64,000 bases of DNA from an uncultured Clostridia bacterium. Its GTDB lineage: Bacteria > Bacillota > Clostridia > Oscillospirales > QAKW01. Made by a program: the position numbers and the translations under genes. Numbering within the stretch: the stretch's first letter is position 1; every line of letters begins with the position of its first letter. The notes below the pieces were generated by a model that saw only the letters and a program-made list of their open reading frames with translations, had not been told where the DNA came from and searched no databases. Of the stretch, positions 1 to 8,507 are shown in pieces. Location of the stretch: positions 1,656 through 65,655 of the forward strand of contig CANQVN010000001.1 of NCBI GenBank assembly GCA_947627315.1, written 5' to 3'.

Positions 1-2
1 AC

Positions 3-1730
3 GCCGATTGGGATTGGGAATTATACACCGATGAGCGCGGCGAGTACGTTCTTTTTGAACAATACGGATCAGGTTGTATTTATAACTTTGTTCAGCACAG
101 ATTCATAAAAAGTCCGGAGCCTACCTTCAATTTTTATTTTGATGACGATACAGAGCCGCGCTTTACGATAAAGCCCTCGCAGTTCGGCGAAAAATACCCT
201 TTTATAGAACCGCTGGCCGGTAAATTCATAGGACCGTTGCTCGGAAGGGAAATAAGAGTGGTGCGCAGCTTTGTCCCGATGCCGTATACCTCCTACTGCA
301 AGGTGACCTCGGATATGCCGCTTCGCGGGCATCGTGCTCCCGGCGGCGGATGGGGACATATCGTCTGCCATACATATTCCGGTGAACCTTCAAAAAACAG
401 TTTTTTACCGTCTGACGGGAGATACCGCGAGCTTGCGGCGATTTGGGAGCAGCGGGGCACTACGCTGATACGCAGTGAAAATTCACACAGTATCCATGAA
501 TTAAAGCTGAACCCAAACGAAGAAAAACGCGTGTTCGCCTGTAACGGCGCCGCTCTCATCACGTCTTTGAGACTTCGTCTTTCCGACGAGTCAAACGTGG
601 CATTTAAAAATTTGTGGATACAGGCGCGTTGGGACGGGCATTCGCAAGCCGATATCGAACTGCCTGTGGGCTGTTTTTTCGGTGATGAACTCGGCTACGG
701 CGGACGAAGCTGCCTGTACAACGGATCGGATGGCCGCAGCGGATTTTATTCTTACTATCCGATGCCGTTTAAAGATTCGGCTGAGATTACGCTCATAAAT
801 CGCGGCGAGGAAGCGGTGTCTGTTGAAACCTTCACGGCTGCCTATACAAATAAATTTAACGACCTTTATACTACCGGCAGCTTCGGATATTTTATGAGTA
901 CGCCGTATTATCCAATAAAACCGACGAGCGGGTCGGACAGCCTGATAGCCAATATCTCCGGCATTTCCGGTCACGTTGTGGGAGCGACGATAACAGGATA
1001 TCCATACGAAACCAATAAAGCGAGCTGCGAGGGGGACGTTCGCATCCATTTTGATGGCATACGCACCCCGCAGATAGAGAGCGACGGAAGCGAAAGCTAT
1101 ATCTGCTATGGATGGGGATTCTGCTGTCCGCCGCAAAGCAATCCGATAAGCAGTTATGACGGAAAGCTGACCAATGAACGTGTCGACTGGAGTATGTTCC
1201 GTTCAATGCCCGGAGAACGCTACACCTTTTTTGATAAACTGCATTTTGGTATTGAGTCGTTTGGCTGCAACGAGCATAATATGTGCCATTCGGGCGCGAT
1301 TCTGTTTTATGGAGAACGGAAAAGCCGCGTGAAACTTTTGGGCGAATTTGGCGATGGGGAAGAGAGTCTCACTTCATATTTCGAGGGGGATGATGACGAT
1401 ATAGAGGTAACGCTTTGCGGGTCGCGCGGCAAGGAGACGGAATTTACCGTCGAAACCCGTGGGGCTGCGGAAATCGTGCTGCGCCGCGTCAGCGACCAAA
1501 CGGTGGCAAGGCAGTATGCCGAGGTGTATATAGACGGAGAAAAATGTGCAAAGCCGTGGTATTTTGCCGACAGTAACAAGTATAAACGCTGGCTTGAGGA
1601 CGAATATATTATCCCCAAAACGGCTTTCGGCGACAAGAAGACAATTAAAATCCGTATATCTCCGGCAGAATGCGGCGGTACGGTAAGCTTCAATCAATTC
1701 GGAATTTCCGTTTTCGGAAGATTTATATAA
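3..1730 (+). CDS. DUF2961 / GH172-like glycoside hydrolase family protein (5' end cut by window edge)
   Basis: The frame stays open from nt 3, upstream of the tracked ATG at 237 (ADWDWELYTDERGEYVLFEQYGSGCIYNF...). Family-like motifs: WIQARWDG, ELPVGCFFG, YSYYPMPF, CEGDVRIHFDG...SDGSESYICYGWGF. A hairpin terminator follows. Confidence 0.6.
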   Translation, partial: ADWDWELYTDERGEYVLFEQYGSGCIYNFVQHRFIKSPEPTFNFYFDDDTEPRFTIKPSQFGEKYPFIEPLAGKFIGPLLGREIRVVRSFVPMPYTSYCKVTSDMPLRGHRAPGGGWGHIVCHTYSGEPSKNSFLPSDGRYRELAAIWEQRGTTLIRSENSHSIHELKLNPNEEKRVFACNGAALITSLRLRLSDESNVAFKNLWIQARWDGHSQADIELPVGCFFGDELGYGGRSCLYNGSDGRSGFYSYYPMPFKDSAEITLINRGEEAVSVETFTAAYTNKFNDLYTTGSFGYFMSTPYYPIKPTSGSDSLIANISGISGHVVGATITGYPYETNKASCEGDVRIHFDGIRTPQIESDGSESYICYGWGFCCPPQSNPISSYDGKLTNERVDWSMFRSMPGERYTFFDKLHFGIESFGCNEHNMCHSGAILFYGERKSRVKLLGEFGDGEESLTSYFEGDDDDIEVTLCGSRGKETEFTVETRGAAEIVLRRVSDQTVARQYAEVYIDGEKCAKPWYFADSNKYKRWLEDEYIIPKTAFGDKKTIKIRISPAECGGTVSFNQFGISVFGRFI

Positions 1731-1739
1731 CAATAAAAA

Positions 1740-1780
1740 GGGCAGAAATTGCAAAACAAACGCAATTTCTGCCCTTTTTA
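1740..1780 (+). terminator. Rho-independent terminator of the DUF2961-like gene
   Basis: GGGCAGAAATTGC / GCAATTTCTGCCC 13-bp stem with a 9-nt loop, followed by TTTTT. Confidence 0.75.
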
Positions 1781-1939
1781 TCAGCGTCGAAGCAAAGCGG
1801 ACTTTGCCGGGGTGCGCGACGGCGCGCAAACCGCGAAATGCTTGAACGCAGTGAGTTTTTCACAGAGAGGAGGAGCAGCGGAGAATGTGAGCTTTTGAGC
1901 CTGCGAGAAAGCGAACAAAACGAAGCTTGCGACGACGAC

Positions 1940-1963
1940 GCTCGTCGGTCTCATAACCCGGAA
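1940..1963 (+). other. Degenerate initiator-tRNA-like fragment (D-stem 3' side + anticodon arm), opposite orientation to the 2029-2074 fragment
   Basis: GCTCGTCGGTCTCATAACCCGGAA resembles the AGCTCGTCGGGCTCATAACCCGAAG segment of bacterial tRNA-fMet. No T-arm or acceptor follows it. Confidence 0.3.
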
Positions 1964-1994
1964 CACCGAGATGGTCAGACTTTCCGCATATAAA

Positions 1995-2027
1995 AGAGCA
2001 CAGACACCGCAAGGGTGTCTGTGCTCT
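1995..2027 (-). terminator. Hairpin terminator immediately 3' of the truncated tRNA (usable in both directions)
   Basis: AGAGCACAGACACC GCAA GGGTGTCTGTGCTCT. It is flanked by an A-run on one side and T's on the other, and directly abuts the tRNA CCA end on the minus strand. Confidence 0.7.
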
Positions 2028-2028
2028 T

Positions 2029-2074
2029 TGGTTGCGGAGGAAGGACTTGAACCAACGACCTTCGGGTTATGAGA
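2029..2074 (-). other. 3' fragment of an initiator tRNA-Met(CAT) gene (anticodon loop to CCA): att junction of the ICE, not an intact tRNA
   Basis: The minus strand reads TCTCATAACCCGAAGGTCGTTGGTTCAAGTCCTTCCTCCGCAACCA. No 5' acceptor strand (TGCGGAG) or D-arm follows. The T-stem halves GTTGG/CCTTC do not pair. Confidence 0.65.
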
Positions 2075-2178
2075 TATTATCTGCGGTTTCACATTCAATA
2101 CACGATAGTGTTATTTTATCACGGATAGTCCCTTTTTTCAAGGGTTTTGGCAGTAGATGATTCCCTTTTGGTACCATC

Positions 2179-2223
2179 GCGTATCACAGCGTATCACTGC
2201 GGTTGGTGTCAGCGTTGGTGTCA
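2179..2223 (+). repeat. Two pairs of short tandem direct repeats just inside the ICE end (candidate arm-type recombinase or regulator sites)
   Basis: GCGTATCAC at 2179-2187 and 2189-2197. GTTGGTGTCA at 2202-2211 and 2214-2223. Confidence 0.5.
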
Positions 2224-2374
2224 AAATAAAGATCTATTGTCGTGCAATTATATTTTAAAAAAGCAAATGGCTCGTCGGGTTTAGTAACTTGTTAAATTTA
2301 CAGTCTTTGGGTTTAAAACTTCGTAACACTTTATACTTTGGGTTAACGGCATTTGTTTTGCAGCCACTCTTTTT

Positions 2375-2450
2375 GGCGCAGAAAAGGATTTGCTATGTGT
2401 CTTGCAATAAACAAGGCAATACATTTCTATTTCTGCGCCTTTTTTATTTT
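2375..2450 (+). terminator. Long hairpin + T-run directly upstream of the first ICE gene (insulator or attenuator terminator)
   Basis: GGCGCAGAAA (2375-2384) pairs with TTTCTGCGCC (2430-2439), followed by TTTTTTATTTTTT. The RBS AAGGAG and ATG 2468 follow. Confidence 0.5.
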
Positions 2451-2467
2451 TTACAAGGAGAAAAAAT

Positions 2468-3571
2468 ATGTCAAAATACAAATTACAGTTAAAACAAATC
2501 GTGGATTACCCGCGATGCCGAATTTACCGACAATTTATTCGGCAATTGATAGAAGATCGGAACATTCGTTTGGGCGGAAGTTCCGGTCTTTATTATTATA
2601 CTGTTTTATCCTGCTTTGCAAACTTCCGCACATCCCATAAACGCATCGACGGAATAAGTTATACGGTTTATCCCGGTGAATGGGTGTGCAGGATAAGCGA
2701 GGTATGCGAATGGTTTCGCGTAAGGTTCCACCATCAGGCTTTTTCGATACTAAACGATCTTGTGAAGCGCAAGCTGATCACATTTTCCCTGCTCGGTCAC
2801 GGCAACATCATAAAATATACAATATGCGACTGGAAAAAAGCAAACCGTGTCCTGGAGTATAATGCGCCATGTCAAAAGGACACGGGCTTTTTCTTTCTGC
2901 CCATATCAAAAGCAAATGAACTGGTCGGTTCGGGGCGATGCTCGGAAATGGACGTTCTGTTGGATATGTGGATCAATGCCGTGTATAACGACAGTCGGGT
3001 TTCCGCTTCCGAAGCCGGTCCCGTTGTGTATTTCAGAAACGGAACGGGCTGCCCGCTTACCTGTTATGCGGAACTGGCAAAAAGATGGGGCGTATCAAAA
3101 GCAACAGCCGGTCGCTATGTAAGACGGTTGGACGATATCGGATATATAACGCAGATCAGTTTTCCCGGTACTTACGGCAGTGCCATCTACCTTCAGAATT
3201 ACCTTTCCACCATGTTTCAGATTTCCGATGTAATGATAGATAAGGAGGAAGTGGCGATGATGCTGGATATCCATATAAGCACGCCGGACGAAAACGATCA
3301 AAGCGTTTCAAAAGACGATCTCAGCGTATCAGAATCGCACATTGAAATGATACGGGAAAAAGTCGAAAAAATCCTTACCGCACAAGGCGTTTTGTGTGTT
3401 TCGTGTCCGAAAATCAAATATAAGTTATTTCCTTTATCCGATTGCGGTGAAGATATCTTATCAAGAGTAAATATCATACCCCCTATCCGCCGATATATAC
3501 TGCTTCTATCCTGTGACGGTAAAAACGAAATCATGCGGTTTTGTATCAAACTTACAGAGGAGGGATCGTAA
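2468..3571 (+). CDS. Hypothetical protein with an internal winged-helix/HTH-like segment (possible ICE regulator or initiator)
   Basis: 367-aa ORF with RBS AAGGAG. HTH-like YAELAKRWGVSKATAGRYVRRLDDIGYI. No family recognised. Confidence 0.45.
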   Translation: MSKYKLQLKQIVDYPRCRIYRQFIRQLIEDRNIRLGGSSGLYYYTVLSCFANFRTSHKRIDGISYTVYPGEWVCRISEVCEWFRVRFHHQAFSILNDLVKRKLITFSLLGHGNIIKYTICDWKKANRVLEYNAPCQKDTGFFFLPISKANELVGSGRCSEMDVLLDMWINAVYNDSRVSASEAGPVVYFRNGTGCPLTCYAELAKRWGVSKATAGRYVRRLDDIGYITQISFPGTYGSAIYLQNYLSTMFQISDVMIDKEEVAMMLDIHISTPDENDQSVSKDDLSVSESHIEMIREKVEKILTAQGVLCVSCPKIKYKLFPLSDCGEDILSRVNIIPPIRRYILLLSCDGKNEIMRFCIKLTEEGS

Positions 3572-4101
3572 TGTCAAAACAGGAACTGATCAATAATCCC
3601 GTCTACCACGATACGCTTACGCTTCTGAAAAAATACAGAGACGTTGTGTGGAGCGTCGAGCTGTCCGTTCAGCGTGTGCGCAGAAAATTTCAAATCGAGT
3701 ATGGCACGTCCATAGAGGATTTTCTCGATTCGATATACCTGGCGGGCATTGATTTTGAAGAGAGCGACATTGCCGAACACGCGCAAAGCATCGAGCGAAG
3801 TTATAAGATGCTTCGGCTTGTCGAGTCCTCCGTTAATCTGCTCCGCGAAAAGCATAAAAACGGAGAGACGTATTACTGGATACTTTATTACAGTTTTCTG
3901 TCGCCACGGCAGTACCGCAATGCCGATGAGATCATAGAGCAGCTACGCCCGCATATCCAAGATATCAGTTACCGTACCTACTACAGAAAACGCCGCGAAG
4001 CTATAGAGGCTTTCTCCTCAATCTTGTGGGGCTATTCCTCCCGCGACAGCTTAAATCTTTTAGAGCGGTTTTTCCCGAATGACGAAAAAGACGGGAACTG
4101 A
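3571..4101 (+). CDS. ArpU/DUF1492-like (sigma region-4-like) putative transcription regulator
   Basis: The ATG overlaps the upstream stop (TAATG). C-terminal pattern YWILYYSFLSPRQY...ISYRTYYRKRREAIEAFSSILWG is typical of that family. Confidence 0.4.
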   Translation: MSKQELINNPVYHDTLTLLKKYRDVVWSVELSVQRVRRKFQIEYGTSIEDFLDSIYLAGIDFEESDIAEHAQSIERSYKMLRLVESSVNLLREKHKNGETYYWILYYSFLSPRQYRNADEIIEQLRPHIQDISYRTYYRKRREAIEAFSSILWGYSSRDSLNLLERFFPNDEKDGN

Positions 4102-4246
4102 CATAAAATTGGCACGGTATTGCTATTGCGGCGTAAATGAGGGCGTGATAGAATGGGTATGCTCAAAACTATGTCACAAGTTCAAAGCACCATTTTCGGA
4201 TGGTGTTTTTTATATTGCTCAAAAGAGGTTAAGGAGGAACAATTAC

Positions 4247-4624
4247 TTGAAAAACAAAAACACTGCCGTAAAACGAAAAAGCGACCGCCATATGGATTGG
4301 GGGCGCATCCTTTTCACACTATTTGTGATGACGTGCCTGTTTTCCGTGATGGCTTTCAGAACCTTTGCCGCGCCTACGGTGTGGGATAAAGCGACCGAGA
4401 TAATGAAGGACGTTTATAACCAGGTGCTTGCAATATCCACCATCGCGGCAATCGTCACAGCATCGATAGCGTTGCTTTTAATGAATTTTTCAAAGTCGGG
4501 CCGTACCGTTGACGAGTCGCGCGCGTGGTTGAAAAGAATTATTATCACCTGGGCTATTCTGAACGGGCTCGGTTTTATTATGGCGTATATCACTCCGTTC
4601 TTTTCGGGAGGAAAATGGGGTTGA
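4247..4624 (+). CDS. VirB2/TrbC-like small membrane protein (putative T4SS pilin-like subunit)
   Basis: TTG start 10 nt after AAGGAGG. Signal-peptide-like N-terminus (...FSVMAFRTFAAP) and two further hydrophobic helices. Located directly upstream of the VirB6-like gene. Confidence 0.45.
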   Translation: MKNKNTAVKRKSDRHMDWGRILFTLFVMTCLFSVMAFRTFAAPTVWDKATEIMKDVYNQVLAISTIAAIVTASIALLLMNFSKSGRTVDESRAWLKRIIITWAILNGLGFIMAYITPFFSGGKWG

Positions 4625-4646
4625 CGAAAGGATGTGATCGTGCCGT

Positions 4647-5357
4647 ATGGGCATTTTAGACGGGATTGTTCAATGGATCGCTGAGCAGGTCATGAACGCG
4701 CTGGATCTGATCAGCACATCGGTTTTGGGCGCGCTGGGGTGCAACATGGATACTTTCCTGCGTTATTTCCCCGCCGCCGAAACCATGTATAACATATTTG
4801 TTGCTCTGGCAATCGGCTTGATATTGCTCAATTGGATATGGCAGCTGTTCAAAAACTACGGGTTGTCTGCCGGCGTGGAAGCGGAAGATCCGGTGAAACT
4901 GTCATTGCGCTCGATTCTCTTTATTCTGCTTGCCTACTTTTCGGATGATATTGTAAATATTATTTTGAAGATCGGCGGCACACCGTATAAATGGATCTTG
5001 AACTTCGAACTGCCGCCTTTGAATTTTTCGGATTTCAACAGCGTCCTGCTTACGATTTTGGGAGTGTGCGCAAACGGCGCAGTTGCCATTATTGCGCTAA
5101 TACTGATCCTTATTTTAGCGTGGAATTATATAAAGCTGTTATTTGAAGCGGCAGAGAGATATGTTCTGCTTGGCGTTCTGGTATACACCGCTCCGGTAGC
5201 CTTCGCTACGGGAGCATCCCAAACGACGGGCAATATATTCAAGAGTTGGTGCAGGATGTTCGCCGGGCAGATCTTTCTGCTGATTATGAATGCTTGGTGC
5301 CTGCGATTATTCACCTCAATGGTCGGAACATTTCTTTCAAATCCATTGTCATTGTAA
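4647..5357 (+). CDS. VirB6/TrbL-like polytopic membrane protein (CD0415/CD1112-like)
   Basis: 236 aa with multiple TM helices, positioned within the T4SS gene block. Confidence 0.55.
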   Translation: MGILDGIVQWIAEQVMNALDLISTSVLGALGCNMDTFLRYFPAAETMYNIFVALAIGLILLNWIWQLFKNYGLSAGVEAEDPVKLSLRSILFILLAYFSDDIVNIILKIGGTPYKWILNFELPPLNFSDFNSVLLTILGVCANGAVAIIALILILILAWNYIKLLFEAAERYVLLGVLVYTAPVAFATGASQTTGNIFKSWCRMFAGQIFLLIMNAWCLRLFTSMVGTFLSNPLSL

Positions 5358-5367
5358 AGGGGAAAAT

Positions 5368-6294
5368 ATGAAAAAAAGAACAAAAGCGTTAATTCTAGCG
5401 GCGGTCGTTGCGACAGCCTTGTGTCTTCTCTCCGTTTCGGCTTTTGCTTTGACGGAAAGCGAAGTGCAGCGGCAGGTCGATGCAGCGGGTCGTGAATCGG
5501 TGACCGGGAATATATTCATTTGGTTTCTGTGCGCCGTTGCATTTTTAAAAGTATCTCAAAAAATAGACAGTTTTTTATCGTCGCTCGGCATCAATGTCGG
5601 TCATACGGGCGGCTCGATGTTGGCGGAAGCAATGATCGCCATGCGCGGTGTCGGTATGGCTAAAGGTATGATGGGCGGAAACGGCGGTTATTCGGGACAT
5701 TCTGCGGGAGGGTCGGTTTCCTCGTCTGACGGAGCGGGCTTTATGAGCGGAGGGCTTGCCGGAGTCGTAAGCAGAAAATTCACAAACGACGCCGTAAAAT
5801 CGGCGACAAACGGCGGCGGAGGAGGAATAGGCGGAGCCGCGTTTTCCGCGTCCGTCAGCAAGGGCGGCGGATTTGCCAATCGTGTTATCGGCGATGTGGC
5901 AACGGGAGATATATCCAAAAAAGGCACGATCAGCGGCGAGGGAGCGTCTGATGCGCTGATGTCCTATCTCGGCTATACGGCACTCGGAAGCGATACGGAG
6001 GATGTTCCCTCGTTCAGCAATGTCGAGATAGGCGGCGGGCGGATAACCGCAACGGAGGTGACGCCCACCAATCCGAACGGTATTGAAACGGCAATGTATC
6101 ACGCGGAAAAATATGCCGCGCCCGACGGGAACTATACGACGGTAACGACCGCGGACGGATCTTCCTGGTATAAACAATATGCGGTCGATACGGTAGAACG
6201 CACTCCATATTCCGCGCCGGACGGCGAAGTGGCATATCATGAAAAAATCGTAAAGAAGCTACCCAAATCCCCGCCGCGAAAGGATAAACTGTAA
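5368..6294 (+). CDS. Gly-rich secreted/membrane T4SS-associated protein
   Basis: Internal ATG after GGGGAAAAT. Signal peptide MKKRTKALILAAVVATALCLLSVSAFA, one TM helix, and Gly-rich low-complexity sequence. Confidence 0.5.
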   Translation: MKKRTKALILAAVVATALCLLSVSAFALTESEVQRQVDAAGRESVTGNIFIWFLCAVAFLKVSQKIDSFLSSLGINVGHTGGSMLAEAMIAMRGVGMAKGMMGGNGGYSGHSAGGSVSSSDGAGFMSGGLAGVVSRKFTNDAVKSATNGGGGGIGGAAFSASVSKGGGFANRVIGDVATGDISKKGTISGEGASDALMSYLGYTALGSDTEDVPSFSNVEIGGGRITATEVTPTNPNGIETAMYHAEKYAAPDGNYTTVTTADGSSWYKQYAVDTVERTPYSAPDGEVAYHEKIVKKLPKSPPRKDKL

Positions 6295-7691
6295 TGGCGG
6301 AAGAAAACAGAAATTCTGTGACGGAACAACTTCAAAAAGGCGCTCAGGCTGCCGGTGCTGTAAAAAGCGCCGTCAAGACGGGTAAAGCAATCGCCGCTGC
6401 CGCAAAAGGCGCCGCGGCGGGCGGACCGTTTGGCGCCGCTGCGGGATTTGTATTGCAAAATCGAAAGCTGATAGCAAAACTTGCAATAGCCCTGGTCGCC
6501 TTTTTGCTTTTGCCCGTCCTGTTCATCTGTATGCTGCCCTCTCTCGTATTCGGTGGGTTGGGAAACGAATATTCTCCAAGCGATCCCGACACGCCGATTT
6601 TGAACAGCGATACGGCGCTTACCGCAAATATGACCTCCGCTTCGGATGCGATAAGCAGAGTATTGTCGGACGGCATGTCCGAGCTTTTGGAGCAAATCGA
6701 CCGTGACTATGCGGCTTCGGGAGCGGAGCGGAAAGAAATTATCAATCCGTATGAGAACTCGCCGTCCTTTAACGCAAACCGCTTTATAAGCCAATACTGC
6801 GCGTCGAAAAACGAGGATTTTTCGGCGGTTTCGCTTGAGGATATGAATAGCATACTGAAAAGCGGGAAAGACGAACTGTATTCATACGAAAGAGTGTTGC
6901 AGCAACGGACAGTCAAAAAAGAAGTTGTAACGATCGATCCCACTACCGAAAAAGAGGTCAAAACCGAGATCTCGGAAACGAAGCTGTGGGCGTCTTACAC
7001 TGTGAAGTACAACGGCGAAATGTATTTTGCCGACCGGATCTTTCACCTGAATGACGAGCAGAAGCAACTCGCCGAAAACTACGCGCAGAACCTCAGTCTG
7101 TTTTTGGGCGACAGTATGTTTCAGTGTCTGCCGGACGGCTACAGCGCATCCCCTTCGCTCGGAGATATTCGGTTTACCGACGGACAAATCCCCGTTGTAT
7201 ACTACAATCAGGTGGACGAACGCTATTCCGATCAGCCATACGGAACGGACAAAATCGGCAGCTGCGGATGCGGACCGACCGCGATGGCAATAGTGGTATC
7301 GTCGTTAACGGATAGTACGGTCGATCCCGTAACGATGGCGGAATGGTCGTATAAAAACGGATATTGGTGCTCGGGGAGCGGATCGTATCACGATTTGATA
7401 CCGGAAGCGGCAAAGGCTTGGAAACTGCCTGTGGAGGGCTGCGGCAAAAATAACGGTCAAATGATTGCCGACGCCCTTTCCAAAGGGAAATTGGTTGTCG
7501 CTCTGATGGTAAAGGGTCATTTTACCAAGACCGGTCATTTTATCGTTTTACGCGGCGTGAGAAACGGAAAAATTCTTGTGGCGGATCCGGTCAGTTACGC
7601 ACGCAGCGAACAGGAATGGGATCTTTCGGTCATTCTGAGCGAAGCAAGCCCGAACGCGGGAGCAGGCGGACCGTTTTGGATCATAGGATAG
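6294..7691 (+). CDS. T4SS-associated cell-wall hydrolase with C39-like cysteine peptidase domain (VirB1 functional analogue)
   Basis: N-terminal TM helix. C-terminal GSCGCGPTAMAIVVSSL ... GHFIVLRG (Cys/His pair). Confidence 0.6.
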   Translation: MAEENRNSVTEQLQKGAQAAGAVKSAVKTGKAIAAAAKGAAAGGPFGAAAGFVLQNRKLIAKLAIALVAFLLLPVLFICMLPSLVFGGLGNEYSPSDPDTPILNSDTALTANMTSASDAISRVLSDGMSELLEQIDRDYAASGAERKEIINPYENSPSFNANRFISQYCASKNEDFSAVSLEDMNSILKSGKDELYSYERVLQQRTVKKEVVTIDPTTEKEVKTEISETKLWASYTVKYNGEMYFADRIFHLNDEQKQLAENYAQNLSLFLGDSMFQCLPDGYSASPSLGDIRFTDGQIPVVYYNQVDERYSDQPYGTDKIGSCGCGPTAMAIVVSSLTDSTVDPVTMAEWSYKNGYWCSGSGSYHDLIPEAAKAWKLPVEGCGKNNGQMIADALSKGKLVVALMVKGHFTKTGHFIVLRGVRNGKILVADPVSYARSEQEWDLSVILSEASPNAGAGGPFWIIG

Positions 7692-7753
7692 AACAGATTG
7701 CATATACTATAAATAGCAGTATCAATAAAACGATAAATTTATCTACATATATG

Positions 7754-7782
7754 TTGACAAATAAACTGATATATGCTATGCT
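7754..7782 (+). promoter_or_regulatory. Candidate sigma-A-type promoter of the TA pair
   Basis: TTGACA-N17-TATGCT, about 20 nt upstream of the antitoxin ATG. Confidence 0.4.
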
Positions 7783-7802
7783 GTTCTATGCGAGGTGATA
7801 GT

Positions 7803-8126
7803 ATGTTTAATATTGCAAGTGCGATCCGGAATACGATTTCCATAACGCTTTTCAACCGCGGACAGGCGGGCAAGATTTTCGAAGACGTGAAAAAAAGCGG
7901 CGCAAAAGTGGTGATGAAAAACAACACCGCAGAATGCGTGCTGATGTCGCCGGACGAGTATCTCAAACTGATCGATGAGGTAAACGACGCGCGTCTGCTT
8001 GCCGAGGCGACAGGTCGGATGGCAAAATTCAACGCCGCCGACGCCATCCCTGCCGAAAAAGTCTATGACGATCTTGGGATCACGCCGTCTGCTCTTGAAA
8101 GCTCCGACGAGGTGGAGTTTGAATGA
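7803..8126 (+). CDS. Phd/YefM-type antitoxin
   Basis: 107 aa. N-terminal pattern ...ITLFNRGQAGKIFEDVKKSGAKVVMKNNTAECVLMSPDEY. Its stop overlaps the toxin start (ATGA). Confidence 0.7.
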   Translation: MFNIASAIRNTISITLFNRGQAGKIFEDVKKSGAKVVMKNNTAECVLMSPDEYLKLIDEVNDARLLAEATGRMAKFNAADAIPAEKVYDDLGITPSALESSDEVEFE

Positions 8127-8455
8127 TGTGGACGCTCAAGTTTTTGCCGGAGGCAGAAAAGGATTTGAAAAAACTTTCCGGCAATCAGCGTATAATGACT
8201 GTTAAAGCCATTGAAAAGGTGCGGCAAAACCCACTTCCCGCGTCGGAGGGCGGTTACGGAAAGCCGCTCGGACATAAGGGTGCAAACGATTTGATCGGCT
8301 TTTTGAAAATCAAACTCAAGGACGCCGGGATCCGTGTTGTTTACAAACTGATACGAACGGATAGCGAAATGCTGATCGTCGTGATAGGCGCGCGGGCGGA
8401 CGATGAAGTTTATAATGCCGCACAGCATCGCGCGGACAACAACAATCTAAACTGA
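8123..8455 (+). CDS. RelE/ParE-family toxin
   Basis: 110 aa: WTLKFLPEAEKDLKKL...GYGKPLGHKG...LKIKLKDAGIRVVYKLIRTDSEMLIVVIGARADDEVY. Confidence 0.75.
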   Translation: MMWTLKFLPEAEKDLKKLSGNQRIMTVKAIEKVRQNPLPASEGGYGKPLGHKGANDLIGFLKIKLKDAGIRVVYKLIRTDSEMLIVVIGARADDEVYNAAQHRADNNNLN

Positions 8456-8464
8456 AATCAAATG

Positions 8465-8504
8465 AAATTCCTCATTCGGTACATAATACCGGGTGAGGAA
8501 TTTT
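8465..8504 (+). terminator. Hairpin terminator after the TA pair
   Basis: AAATTCCTCA / TGAGGAATTT outer stem with an inner CGGTA/TACCG stem, followed by TTTT. Confidence 0.55.
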
Positions 8505-8507
8505 ATA

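Noticed and set aside
1670-2098. ORFs 1670-1993 (+) and 1781-2098 (-) in the junction region
   Set aside because: They have no RBS and no recognisable family. They run through two terminator hairpins and the tRNA fragment, so they are most likely non-coding.
2029-2108. A complete tRNA-Met gene on the minus strand
   Set aside because: Only the segment from the anticodon loop to CCA is tRNA-like. The 7 nt needed to pair with the acceptor 3' strand (TGCGGAG), the D-arm and the anticodon-stem 5' strand are absent, and the T-stem halves do not pair. Treated as an att-site fragment.
4079-4246. Longer N-terminal extension of the VirB2-like ORF (track start 4079), and similar long upstream extensions of the ssb (28486), 29076, 31004, sortase (22957) and yqaJ-like (62573) ORFs
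   Set aside because: The extensions lack RBSs and overlap upstream genes, terminators or leaders. Internal starts with good Shine-Dalgarno spacing give family-typical N-termini.
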